In this document: in pieces, positions 11,568 through 20,209 of the stretch
Position numbering within the stretch: position 1 is the first letter of the stretch
Layout of the letters: each line of letters starts with the position of its first letter
From: Candidatus Aldehydirespirator sp.
GTDB lineage: Bacteria > Actinomycetota > Acidimicrobiia > Acidimicrobiales > Aldehydirespiratoraceae
Length of the DNA stretch: 64,000 nucleotides
NCBI GenBank assembly: GCA_965221185.1
Contig: OZ244866.1
Coordinates: 1,366,901 to 1,430,900 of the forward strand
Direction of reading: 5' to 3'
The notes under the pieces: generated by a model
The model's input: only the letters and a program-made list of their open reading frames with translations
Database searches by the model: none
Told to the model about the DNA's origin: nothing
Translations under genes and position numbers: made by a program

Positions 11568-12287
11568 GTGGAGACAGCAGAGGTGGCGTACACCGCCGCT
11601 GGTCTGGAGTTGGTGGGAACGATCGTCTTTCCCGACCCGGCCGATGGCCCGTTGCCCGGTCTGCTGATCGCGCACGAGGCTGGCGGGCTGGACAGCTACC
11701 AACGCGGCCGTGCCCTCGAGTTCGCACGCGAGGGCTTCGTGGCGTTCGCCTTGGACTATCACGGTGCCCATGCACCCTTTGCGTCGGTCGGCGCGATGGT
11801 GGCGAGACGCAACGACCTCCTCGGCGACGCCGACCAGGTCCGTGCCCTCACCGGCGCCGCCCTCGACGTGTTGTCGTCGCACCACGCGGTCGATGCCTCA
11901 CGGCTCGCCGCCATCGGCTACTGCCTCGGAGGCGCGCTCGTGCTCGAACTCGCCCGCACCGGGGCCGACCTGAAGGCGGTTGCCGGGGTCCATCCGTCGC
12001 TGCATGCGATCACACCGGCCGACACGCCACGGATCAAGGGCGAGGTGCTCGTCCACGTCGGCGGCGACGATCGCTTCGCTCCGCCCGAGCAGCGCACGGC
12101 GTTCGAAGCCGAAATGTCCGATGCGGGCGTCCGATGGCAGATGCACGTCTACGGCGGGGTCCGCCACAGCTTCACCAACGCCACCCTCGAGGGGCGTGAG
12201 ATACCGGGCCTCGCCTACGACCGGTTCGCCGCCGAACACACCCGCCAGAGCGTCCTGGCCCTCCTCAAACGGACGCTGAAGGCCTAG
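11568..12287 (+). CDS. Dienelactone hydrolase family protein
   Basis: IGYCLGGAL nucleophile motif and HVGGDD...RHSF C-terminal motifs. 239 aa. Confidence 0.8.
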   Translation: METAEVAYTAAGLELVGTIVFPDPADGPLPGLLIAHEAGGLDSYQRGRALEFAREGFVAFALDYHGAHAPFASVGAMVARRNDLLGDADQVRALTGAALDVLSSHHAVDASRLAAIGYCLGGALVLELARTGADLKAVAGVHPSLHAITPADTPRIKGEVLVHVGGDDRFAPPEQRTAFEAEMSDAGVRWQMHVYGGVRHSFTNATLEGREIPGLAYDRFAAEHTRQSVLALLKRTLKA

Positions 12288-12322
12288 GTCATGTCCTCGA
12301 TGAGCGGCCTGATCGACGTGGA

Positions 12323-12508
12323 TCAGGCCTGCTCGGCCCCGAGAGTGCGGTCGTGGGCGTCAGCGGCTACCTTGGCCCGTTCGAGCATTTCGGGCGGAAA
12401 CCGCACCGGCACGGGATCGGTCATTCGCTGCTTGCGGCGCCGTCCCGGTCCTTGGGGTACCTGGTTCTCGGGCCTGCCGTAGAACTCGTGCTCCTCTTCG
12501 GGGGTCAT
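12323..12508 (-). CDS. Small RHH-like antitoxin homologue, possibly truncated by a TGA
   Basis: PVPVRFPPEMLERAKVAADAHDRT resembles the RHH strand-helix and the fragment at 13890-13991. Reading through the stop gives STSIRPLIEDMT, so a nonsense mutation is possible. Confidence 0.4.
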   Translation of the reverse strand: MTPEEEHEFYGRPENQVPQGPGRRRKQRMTDPVPVRFPPEMLERAKVAADAHDRTLGAEQA

Positions 12509-12558
12509 TCCGTTGGCGCAGTACGTGAGTGCCGCTGGAGGACGGGAGATTCGGGAGT

Positions 12559-13052
12559 TCAAGTCCCCCCGATGTCGAGTCGGGGCTCGTCGAGGAAAGG
12601 TTCAGCGACCCTCACGTGGATCAGTTCCTCCCACTTGCTGCGCGTTGACTCGCTCTCATATGTGAAGAGGCGGTCACACTGCTGGATCGATGCAGACGCC
12701 AAGTGGATTGCGTCGGCGGGTTTGACCACCCTCGTGCCGAGCGTCTTCGACTGACGGATGATTGCCCGTGCCTCCAGAGCGACCCTGGCCGAGACGTCCA
12801 CGACATTGATCGGTGATGCGGGGACCCAGAGCTGGTCGATGGCATCTTGGCTGCCCACTGGGTCGCCGCCCGCCTGACCAGTGGAAATATAGGCAACCTC
12901 CGTGATCGACAGGACGGAGGTGATCAACTCGATCTTCTTGCCCCGGGCATCCTCTAGCACCGACTGGACGACACCGGCGCAGCCCTCTCATCGGCGACAT
13001 AGGCGATGAGGACGTTGGAGTCGAGGTAGACCCGAATCGGTCTAGCCCTCAT
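12559..13052 (-). pseudogene. PIN-domain toxin gene with a 1-nt frameshift near 12987
   Basis: Frame 1 runs from ATG 13052: MRARPIRVYLDSNVLIAYVADE. Frame 2 is the 133-aa ORF: VLEDARGKKIELITSVLSITEV.... Compared with the paralogue at 11385-11400, one base is missing. This may be an assembly error. Confidence 0.7.
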
Positions 13053-13803
13053 CTCTCATGCGTCTGACCAGCACCTCAGCCGGCGCCGTGCTCTGGAGCA
13101 CTCCTCGGGCCCGGAGGTAGCCGTCGGGGTCTCCCTCGCCGACGGGATCCACCTTCGTGACTCGCCGGATCCATACCGGCCTGTCAGTCTTGGCGTCTCG
13201 GCGCACGGTGCCGGTCACATCGGCAATGTGTCCCCACACGTCGCGCATCTTGTCCTCGAGGTCCCAGTCCATGTAGCAGTTGACAGCGGTGTCGCTGGTG
13301 AGTTCGTAGAGGTTGAAGCTGAGGCTCTTGCGTCGAGACAGCGTCTCGACGCGTCCCCGCACTGTTCCGAGCGACGTCGGATCCTCCTGCGGGCGTTCGG
13401 CTGCCGAGGGCGTCAAGGGAGCGATGGGAGCCCTGACGACCACCTGCTTCCCGTCGGTTTGGATCGTGATCGGATGGCTCTCGTCAGCGAGGGCCATCAG
13501 CTCGTACATCTGCCGATGCAGGGGAAACTCGCGGTCGGCGTCGCCGTCCTGCACCCGCTGGGCTGCATCGATGTAGTTGTCGTACATGGCTGGGATCCGC
13601 GGTTCGGCCTCTTCGTCCAACGGGACGGCCCGAGCCGTCGCGGAGGCGCTTCCGTAGTCGAGCCCGGCGAGCACCCAGCGGACTTCCGCGTTATGGCTCT
13701 CCCTCAACGCGTCGAGCACTTGCGAGAAGTGGGCGAACGCGTCAGAGAGCGTCTGGATCGTCACCTCGCCGTCGAGACGGAATCTCAGATGATCTTCGCT
13801 CAT
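13042..13803 (-). CDS. Hypothetical 253-aa protein, translationally coupled to the downstream PIN gene
   Basis: Clean ORF with good GC3 bias. Its last 11 nt overlap the PIN start. I recognise no family. Confidence 0.6.
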   Translation of the reverse strand: MSEDHLRFRLDGEVTIQTLSDAFAHFSQVLDALRESHNAEVRWVLAGLDYGSASATARAVPLDEEAEPRIPAMYDNYIDAAQRVQDGDADREFPLHRQMYELMALADESHPITIQTDGKQVVVRAPIAPLTPSAAERPQEDPTSLGTVRGRVETLSRRKSLSFNLYELTSDTAVNCYMDWDLEDKMRDVWGHIADVTGTVRRDAKTDRPVWIRRVTKVDPVGEGDPDGYLRARGVLQSTAPAEVLVRRMRDEG

Positions 13804-13810
13804 ATCCTAC

Positions 13811-13831
13811 ATTCTAGCTTGGATGCCCAAG
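13811..13831 (-). promoter_or_regulatory. TAGAAT -10-like box plus a CTTGG-N4-CCAAG palindrome upstream of the 253-aa gene
   Basis: On the coding strand, tagaat (13816-13811) ends 7 nt before ATG 13803. The palindrome at 13818-13831 sits immediately upstream. Confidence 0.3.
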
Positions 13832-13889
13832 AACCGCTAGCGCCGCTTCAGCCATGAGGACTCTCCCGATGTAGGGGATTGCCCTGGCG

Positions 13890-13991
13890 TCAGGGCTGCT
13901 CGACTTGGAGGGTGCGGTCGACGGCTCGGCGGACCCAAGACGACACCGAACGGTCGTCGGCAGCGGCAGCCGCCTTGACCCGTTCGAGCAT
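13890..13991 (-). pseudogene. C-terminal remnant of an RHH antitoxin gene
   Basis: MLERVKAAAAADDRSVSSWVRRAVDRTLQVEQP-stop has the typical RHH helix 2 (SxWvRrAv). An upstream in-frame TGA removes the N-terminal strand. Confidence 0.5.
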
Positions 13992-14200
13992 CTCGGTCCG
14001 GCTTCCACTATGAGGTCGGGGCCGCGCTCGCGGTGGTCGGCCTCAGCTCCGAGCGGGCCCACAAGGAGATCGCCATCCGCGACGACATGATCCGCACCGC
14101 CCACCGCGTCGGTGCGTCGCTGCGACAGATCGCGGAGGCGTCCGGACTCGGCCGCAAGACAGTCACCGCGATCGTCGAAGCGGATCCGCTCCGAGCGTGA
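13980..14200 (+). pseudogene. C-terminal helix-turn-helix fragment
   Basis: AHRVGASLRQIAEASGLGRKTVTAIVEA is an HTH motif. There is no start codon or N-terminal part. A more decayed copy of its 3' end appears before 7285. Confidence 0.3.
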
Positions 14201-14398
14201 CGCCGGCGTCGGTGAGAAGGTAGGGACATGGGCATCAAATTCGAAGAGCACCTCGACGCCGACCACCTCGCGGTTCTGGAGATGCTGCCCGGCGATCTGC
14301 TCGACCTCTCAGACTTGCCCGCGGCGCGAGCAACGCTCGACGAGCTCATGGCTCACCTACCCGCCCCCGAAGTCCCCGACTCGATCGAGATCGCCGAC
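14193..14398. repeat. Dispersed duplication, copy B (partner of 7273-7478)
   Basis: See copy A. Here it is continuous with the intact esterase gene. Confidence 0.7.
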
Positions 14399-15190
14399 CA
14401 TCACGCCGAGGCCGCCGACGGCCACGAGGTGCTTGTGCGTGTCTACCGGCCCAAGCAGCGACGAGACCGCAGCCCCGGCCTTTACTGGATCCACGGCGGC
14501 GGCATGGTCCTGGGAAGCGTCGACATGGACGACGCCGGTTGCGCGGCGATCGCCTCCGACCTCGACGTGGTGGTGGCGTCGGTCGACTACCGCCTGGCGC
14601 CCGAGTTCCCGTATCCGACCCCGCTGGAGGACTGCTACTGCGGTCTGTTGTGGTTCTTCGATCAAGCCGAGGCATTCGGCCTGGACACGGCCCGCATCGC
14701 CGTCGGCGGTGCCAGTGCAGGCGGTGGCCTCGCGGCGGGACTCGCCCTGCTGGCCCGCGATCGCAAGCAGGTCAGCCCCTGCTTCCAGCTGCTGAGGTTC
14801 CCGATGCTCGACGACCGCAACGAGACGCCCTCCAGCTTCATGATCGACGACAGCCGGCTATGGAACCGGGACGCCAACATGGCGGGGTGGTCCGCCTATC
14901 TCGACGGCAACAACGGCGCCGACGACGTCGCGTTCTATGCCGCTCCGGCCAGGGCCACCGATCGCGGCGGGCTCCCACCGGCCATCATCACCGTCGGCAG
15001 CCTCGACATGTTCCTCGACGAGGACATCGCCTACGCCCAGGCGTTGCTCGGGGCCGAGGTGCCCTGCGAGCTGCACGTGTACCCGGGCGCGTTCCACGGC
15101 TCGTTGAGCCTGGTCCCGCACTCCGACATCTCCCGGCGCTGGCACCGCGACGAGATGGCCGCGCTCGACCGGGCGTTGAACGGCTGCTAA
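14228..15190 (+). CDS. Alpha/beta hydrolase, hormone-sensitive-lipase-type esterase
   Basis: HGGGMVLGS oxyanion motif and GGASAGGGLAA (GxSxG). 320 aa. Confidence 0.85.
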   Translation: MGIKFEEHLDADHLAVLEMLPGDLLDLSDLPAARATLDELMAHLPAPEVPDSIEIADHHAEAADGHEVLVRVYRPKQRRDRSPGLYWIHGGGMVLGSVDMDDAGCAAIASDLDVVVASVDYRLAPEFPYPTPLEDCYCGLLWFFDQAEAFGLDTARIAVGGASAGGGLAAGLALLARDRKQVSPCFQLLRFPMLDDRNETPSSFMIDDSRLWNRDANMAGWSAYLDGNNGADDVAFYAAPARATDRGGLPPAIITVGSLDMFLDEDIAYAQALLGAEVPCELHVYPGAFHGSLSLVPHSDISRRWHRDEMAALDRALNGC

Positions 15191-15235
15191 CGGCGGATTC
15201 ACGCCGCGGCAAGGGGTTTCGGTCGGCGCGGGTGC

Positions 15236-15730
15236 TCAGGGATCGGCAGTGTCGCTGGCGGACTCGTTCGACTTGTTGATGACGCCTCGGATGTTGAGGC
15301 TGGACTCGTACTTGATGTCGGTCACTATGTGGGAGCGGACCTCGATGACGCCTTCGATGGTCTGGATCTCGTCGTGGATGAGCCGGCTGAGGTGTGCGAC
15401 GTCGCGGCAGAAGGCGTCGGTGATCAGGTCATGCTCGCCCGCCAGGGTGGCGACGTACCCGGTCTCGTCTAGGTCGATCAACGCCGAGGTGACCGCGGGG
15501 AGGCACGCTGCGTGCACCTTCAACAGCAGCGTGGCGATCACCCCGATGGCGGAACGGTGCGGATCCAGCCAGACGTTGAAGTAGAGCATGCCGGTGGCCC
15601 GCATGTGGTTGACCCGGTTCCTGACCGTGCCGACGCTGACCCCGAGAGTCTTGGACATCTCGCTGTAGCTGGCCCTGCCGTCGTCGCTGAGGATCCGAAC
15701 GATCTCTAGGTCTAGGTCGTCTAGCTCCAA
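15236..15730 (-). CDS. Lrp/AsnC family transcriptional regulator
   Basis: LDLEIVRILSDDGRASYSEMSKTLGVSVGTVRNRV HTH, followed by an AsnC-type ligand-binding domain. Confidence 0.85.
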   Translation of the reverse strand: MELDDLDLEIVRILSDDGRASYSEMSKTLGVSVGTVRNRVNHMRATGMLYFNVWLDPHRSAIGVIATLLLKVHAACLPAVTSALIDLDETGYVATLAGEHDLITDAFCRDVAHLSRLIHDEIQTIEGVIEVRSHIVTDIKYESSLNIRGVINKSNESASDTADP

Positions 15731-15749
15731 GCTATGAACCTCTCGCGTC

Positions 15750-16316
15750 TTGGACGGGCGTAGGGTCCGGGCACCGGGACCGGACAGCTACACCTTCAAC
15801 CCCCACAAGTGGCTGGCCACCAACGTGGGCTGCTCGGTGATGTGGGTGGCCGACCGTCGCCCGCTGATCGACACGCTGAGCGTGCTACCGCCCTACCTGC
15901 GCAACGAGGCGTCCGCCTCCGGCGCGGTCATCGACTACCGGGACTGGCACCTGCCGCTGAGCCGCCCCTTCAGGTCGCTGAAGCTGTGGTTCGTGCTCAG
16001 ATCCTTCGGCGCGGAGGGGCTGCGCACCATGATCCGGTCCCATGTGGCGTGGGCCCAGACTTTGGCGGCGCAGATCGACAGCCATCCCAGTCTGGAGCTG
16101 ATGGCTCCCGTGCCCTTCGCCATGGTGCCGTTCGCCCACCGCGGCGACAACGCGGCCACCGACGCCCTGATCGCCGCCATCAACTCCGACGGTCGCTTCT
16201 ACGTCACCGGATCGGAAATCGACGGTCGCCGCTACGTTCGCGTCGCGGTGGGCTCGATCTGGACGACCCGGGCCCATATCGAAGCATTGTGGAAGCTGAT
16301 CCAGGCCAACGCTTGA
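15750..16316 (+). pseudogene. C-terminal ~40 percent of a PLP-dependent (group II, aromatic amino acid type) decarboxylase
   Basis: The ORF begins at DSYTFNPHKW, the PLP-lysine motif. The ~290 N-terminal residues expected upstream are absent, and the Lrp gene lies only 20 nt away. Confidence 0.7.
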
Positions 16317-16333
16317 CAGAACCCCGGCCCGGC

Positions 16334-17404
16334 ATGCGCCGATCCTCCCGGCGGACCGGGCCGGCACCGCCCGGCGCCGCCGGCCGGGCCGGACTGCTCA
16401 GGTCCAGATACCTGCTTCGCCGGGTGGCCACCAGCCTGCTGGTGATCCTGGGCGTGGTCACCATCACCTTCGTGGTGGCGAGGCTGGTGCCGTCGGATCC
16501 CGCCGCGCTGTACGCCGGGGCGCGGGCCCGTCCCGCGCAGGTGGAGCAGGTGCGCCGGGACCTGAACCTCGACGCCCCGGTGCTGTCGCAGTACGGGTCG
16601 TACCTCCAGCAGCTCGTTCAGGGCGATCTGGGCGTGTCGTTCGCCACCAAGCGCCCGATCGCCGAGGACCTGCGCCGATTCCTGCCGGCCACCCTCGAGC
16701 TCGCCCTGGCCGCGACCGCGCTGGCCATGGTGGTGGGCGTCCCCGCCGGGGTGGCTGCCGCGGCCCGCCGGCACCGGCTGGGCGACACTGCCATCCGCCT
16801 GTTCGCGGTGACCGGCGTGTCGCTGCCGGTGTTCTGGTCGGCGCTGCTGCTGCAGCTGCTGTTCGCCTCCCGGCTGGGGTGGCTACCCCTCGCGGGGCGC
16901 ACCGACTCGTCGACCAGCTTCAACGAGCCGACCGGGTTCTTCCTGATTGACTCGGCGCTGTCGGGGAGCTGGTCGAACTTGGCCGACGTCGTCGTCCATC
17001 TCGCCCTGCCGGTGGCGGTGATGGCCGCCTACCCGCTGGGGCTGACTGTCCGGCTGATCCGGGGGTCGATGCTGGAGGTCCTCGGCAGCGACTACATCGA
17101 GGCGGCCACCGTGGCCCAGATACCCAGGCGCACCGTGCTCGGCCGCCTGGCGCTGAAGAACGCCCTGCTGCCCACGCTCACCGTCCTCGGCCTCACGTTC
17201 GCCTACTCGGTGTCGAGCGCGTTCCTGGTGGAGGCGGTGTTCGCATGGCCGGGGCTCGGCAAGTACCTCACCGACGCCGTCGTGCGGCTGGACTTCCCGG
17301 TCGTCACCGCCGCCGCGCTGGCCGTCACCGTGATCTACGTGCTGGTCAACCTGTTCCTGGACCTGCTGCAGGCCCGGCTCGATCCCCGGGTGGCTCTCAG
17401 GTGA
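16334..17404 (+). CDS. Peptide/nickel ABC transporter permease (DppB/OppB type)
   Basis: YLLRRVATSLLVILGVVTITFVV N-terminus and typical permease body. ATG at 16334 chosen within the longer track ORF. Confidence 0.8.
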   Translation: MRRSSRRTGPAPPGAAGRAGLLRSRYLLRRVATSLLVILGVVTITFVVARLVPSDPAALYAGARARPAQVEQVRRDLNLDAPVLSQYGSYLQQLVQGDLGVSFATKRPIAEDLRRFLPATLELALAATALAMVVGVPAGVAAAARRHRLGDTAIRLFAVTGVSLPVFWSALLLQLLFASRLGWLPLAGRTDSSTSFNEPTGFFLIDSALSGSWSNLADVVVHLALPVAVMAAYPLGLTVRLIRGSMLEVLGSDYIEAATVAQIPRRTVLGRLALKNALLPTLTVLGLTFAYSVSSAFLVEAVFAWPGLGKYLTDAVVRLDFPVVTAAALAVTVIYVLVNLFLDLLQARLDPRVALR

Positions 17405-18333
17405 CGGCCGGCGGCGCGCCCTCGGCAGCCCGGCGCTTCGGCCTCTCCGGCACGGCCCGCAGACCGGGGCGCTTCGGGGCGCCGGGCAGCGCGCTCTGGT
17501 ACTACCGGCGGAGCTGGCTGGGGATGGCCGCCGCGGTGGTGGCTGTGCTGTTCGCGGTGGCCGCGCTGTTCGCCCCGTGGCTCACGCCCTACGCCGACGC
17601 CGGTCGGGGCGTGCCCGACCTCACGATCCGGCTGCAGGGCCCCAGCTGGTCGCACTGGCTGGGGACCGACGACCTGGGCCGTGACGTGCTGGCCCGGCTG
17701 CTCTTCGGGGCGCGGACCGCCCTGGTGGTGGCGTTGGGGGTGGTGGCGCTCTCGGTGGTGGTCGGGGTGCTGCTGGGCGCGGTGGCGGGCTACTTCGGGC
17801 GCTGGGTCGACGAGGTCCTCATGCGGATAACCGACATGTTCCTGGCCTTCCCGCCGCTGCTGCTGGCGGTGCTGGTGGCGGCCGCGCTGGGCGCCAGCGT
17901 TCGCAACACCGTCATCGCCATCGCGGTGTCGTGGTGGCCGTGGTACGCGCGCCTGGTTCGCTCTCAGGTTCTGAGCCTGCGCGAACGGCCCTTCATCAAG
18001 GCGGTGCGGGCCATCGGCGTGCCCCACCGGCGCATCATCGCGGTGCACGTCATCCCCAACGCGATGGCGCCTGTGTGGGTGCAGGCCACCGCGGACTTGG
18101 GTGCGGCCGTGCTGACCGCGGCAGGCTTGAGCTTCGTCGGGCTCGGCCCGCGCCCGCCGACCGCCGACTGGGGCGTGATGATCGCCGAGGGCCGCCAGTA
18201 CGTGCTCTCCGGACAGTGGTGGATCGCCGGTTGCGCCGGCGCGGCCATAGTGATCGCGGCGGTGGCCTTCAACCTCATGGGAGACGTCATCCGCGACGTC
18301 ACCGACCCGCGCACACGAGAAGACCAACCATGA
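17401..18333 (+). CDS. Peptide/nickel ABC transporter permease (DppC/OppC type)
   Basis: HWLGTDDLGRDVLARLL motif. GTG at 17401 overlaps the upstream stop. Confidence 0.8.
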   Translation: MTAGGAPSAARRFGLSGTARRPGRFGAPGSALWYYRRSWLGMAAAVVAVLFAVAALFAPWLTPYADAGRGVPDLTIRLQGPSWSHWLGTDDLGRDVLARLLFGARTALVVALGVVALSVVVGVLLGAVAGYFGRWVDEVLMRITDMFLAFPPLLLAVLVAAALGASVRNTVIAIAVSWWPWYARLVRSQVLSLRERPFIKAVRAIGVPHRRIIAVHVIPNAMAPVWVQATADLGAAVLTAAGLSFVGLGPRPPTADWGVMIAEGRQYVLSGQWWIAGCAGAAIVIAAVAFNLMGDVIRDVTDPRTREDQP

Positions 18334-18379
18334 GGGGCCCGCGCGCCGTGACCGGCGCCGACACCGGCGGCGGCCCGTC

Positions 18380-19342
18380 ATGAACCGCCTGATGGAGGTC
18401 GAGCGACTGCATGTCACGTTCAATCCCCCGACCGGGCCGGTCCACGCCGTCAGGGGCGTGTCGCTGCAGGTGCGTCCCGGCGAGATCGTAGGGGTGGCCG
18501 GCGAATCGGGATGCGGCAAGACGGTGCTGTTCCGGGCCCTGCTGGGGCTGCTGCCCGACACCGCCCTCGTCGAGGGCAGCCTGCGATTCGGCGGCGAGCC
18601 CATGGGCATGGACGGCTCGCTGCAGGCCTCGGCGTCGTTCATCTACCAGAACCCGGGCGCCTCGCTGAACCCGGTGTTCACCATCGGCCAGCAGTTGAGG
18701 CTGGTCACCGGGACCGACGATCCCGCGGTGCTGGGGGAGCTGCTCGATCAGGTCGGCCTGCCCGATCCGCCCCGGCTCCTCGACTCGTACCCCCACGAGC
18801 TGTCCGGGGGGATGAGCCAGAGGGCCGTGATCGCGCTGGCGCTGGCGCAGTCGCCCCGGCTCCTCATCGCCGATGAGCCCACCACCGCCCTCGACGTGAC
18901 CACCCAGGCCCAGGTTCTCGACCTCATCGAAGAGCTCCGGGACCGCTCCGAACTGGCGGTGGTGCTCATCAGCCACGACCTGGCCGTGCTCCGGCGGGTG
19001 TGCGAGCGCATCGTGGTGCTCTACGCCGGCCAGACCGCTGAGGACGGCGGCGCCGACCAGGTGCTCGAAGCGCCCAGCCACCCCTACACGCAGGCTCTGC
19101 TCCAGTCCATCCCCCGTCCCGAGACCGCCGGGCGGAAGCTGGCCTTGATCCCCGGGCTCGTCCCCGACGGCCGGACCCCGATCTCCGGGTGCGCCTACGT
19201 CCCCCGCTGCCCCAGAGCCGTCGACGCCTGCCGCGGCGGCCAGCCCGACGCACGCCCCGTGCAGCCCGGCCACACTGCGGCCTGCATCCTGGTGGAGCCC
19301 AGGCCCTCAACGGTCCGCGACCTGGCCGGGCCGCAGCGATGA
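18380..19342 (+). CDS. Peptide ABC transporter ATP-binding protein (DppD type)
   Basis: Walker A GESGCGKT, signature LSGGMSQR, Walker B LIADEPTTALD. Confidence 0.85.
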   Translation: MNRLMEVERLHVTFNPPTGPVHAVRGVSLQVRPGEIVGVAGESGCGKTVLFRALLGLLPDTALVEGSLRFGGEPMGMDGSLQASASFIYQNPGASLNPVFTIGQQLRLVTGTDDPAVLGELLDQVGLPDPPRLLDSYPHELSGGMSQRAVIALALAQSPRLLIADEPTTALDVTTQAQVLDLIEELRDRSELAVVLISHDLAVLRRVCERIVVLYAGQTAEDGGADQVLEAPSHPYTQALLQSIPRPETAGRKLALIPGLVPDGRTPISGCAYVPRCPRAVDACRGGQPDARPVQPGHTAACILVEPRPSTVRDLAGPQR

Positions 19343-20115
19343 CCGCCCTGCTCTCCGTTCGAGGCCTGCGGGTCGAGTACCCCGCCCGCGGCGCGGGCCG
19401 GCGGCATCCGCTCACGGTGATCGACAGCCTCGACCTCGATGTCGCCGGGGGCGAGACGCTGGCCGTGGTGGGGGAGTCGGGCGCCGGCAAGTCGACTCTC
19501 GCCGAGGCCATAGTCGGCCTGGTGCGCCCCAGCGGCGGCAGCATCAACTACGACGGCACCGAACTGGTGGGCCTGCGAGGACGGGCCGGCCGCAAGGTCC
19601 GCGTCCGGATCCAGATGGTGGCCCAGAACCCGCTGCTCGCGCTCAGTCCCCGCCAACCGGTCGGAGCCCAGATCGAGGAGCCGCTGCGGGTCCACACCAG
19701 CCTCAGCCGGGACCAGTGTCGCCGGCGCGCCGACGAGTTGATTGCCACCCTCGACCTCAGCCCGGCCATGCGCAACCGGCTCCCGCACGAGCTGAGCGGC
19801 GGCCAGGCCCAGCGGGTGGTGCTGGCCCGGGCGCTGGTGCTGGAACCGTCGATGGTCATCTTCGACGAACCCACGTCGGCCCTCGACGTTTCGGTGCAGG
19901 CCGGCGTGCTGAACCTCCTGCGGCAGCTCAAGGCCGACCACGGCCTCACCTTCCTGTTCATCACCCACGACCTGAGCGTCGCCCGGCACCTCGCGGACCG
20001 CATCGCGGTCATGCGCGCGGGCGAGATTGTGGAGCAGCAGCCGACCGAGGCGCTGTTCGCCAACCCCGAGCACCCCTACACCCGCACCCTGCTCGCCTAC
20101 TCGCTGACCGTGTAG
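19339..20115 (+). CDS. Peptide ABC transporter ATP-binding protein (DppF type)
   Basis: GESGAGKST, LSGGQAQR, VIFDEPTSALD. ATGA overlap with the upstream gene. Confidence 0.85.
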   Translation: MTALLSVRGLRVEYPARGAGRRHPLTVIDSLDLDVAGGETLAVVGESGAGKSTLAEAIVGLVRPSGGSINYDGTELVGLRGRAGRKVRVRIQMVAQNPLLALSPRQPVGAQIEEPLRVHTSLSRDQCRRRADELIATLDLSPAMRNRLPHELSGGQAQRVVLARALVLEPSMVIFDEPTSALDVSVQAGVLNLLRQLKADHGLTFLFITHDLSVARHLADRIAVMRAGEIVEQQPTEALFANPEHPYTRTLLAYSLTV

Positions 20116-20121
20116 CGAGCT

Positions 20122-20137
20122 CCGCTGGGTTCAGCGG
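20122..20137 (+). terminator. Short GC hairpin (ccgctg-ggtt-cagcgg) 7 nt after the DppF-type stop
   Basis: Perfect 6-bp stem with a 4-nt loop, followed by a moderately T-rich tract (cacttcgtcgttc). Weak as an intrinsic terminator. Confidence 0.25.
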
Positions 20138-20209
20138 CACTTCGTCGTTCATCGGTCCTCCATGTGACGGCCCCTGCGGGCCGAATTCACATCGCCCGAT
20201 GGTGTCGGT

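Noticed and set aside
12323-12325. The TGA ending the small RHH-like ORF as a second selenocysteine codon, since read-through gives STSIRPLIEDMT and selD is present.
   Set aside because: The paralogous relic at 13890-13991 has Trp-containing SSWVRRAV at the aligned region, so a TGG-to-TGA nonsense mutation is the simpler explanation. There is no Sec-type redox motif and no obvious downstream hairpin.
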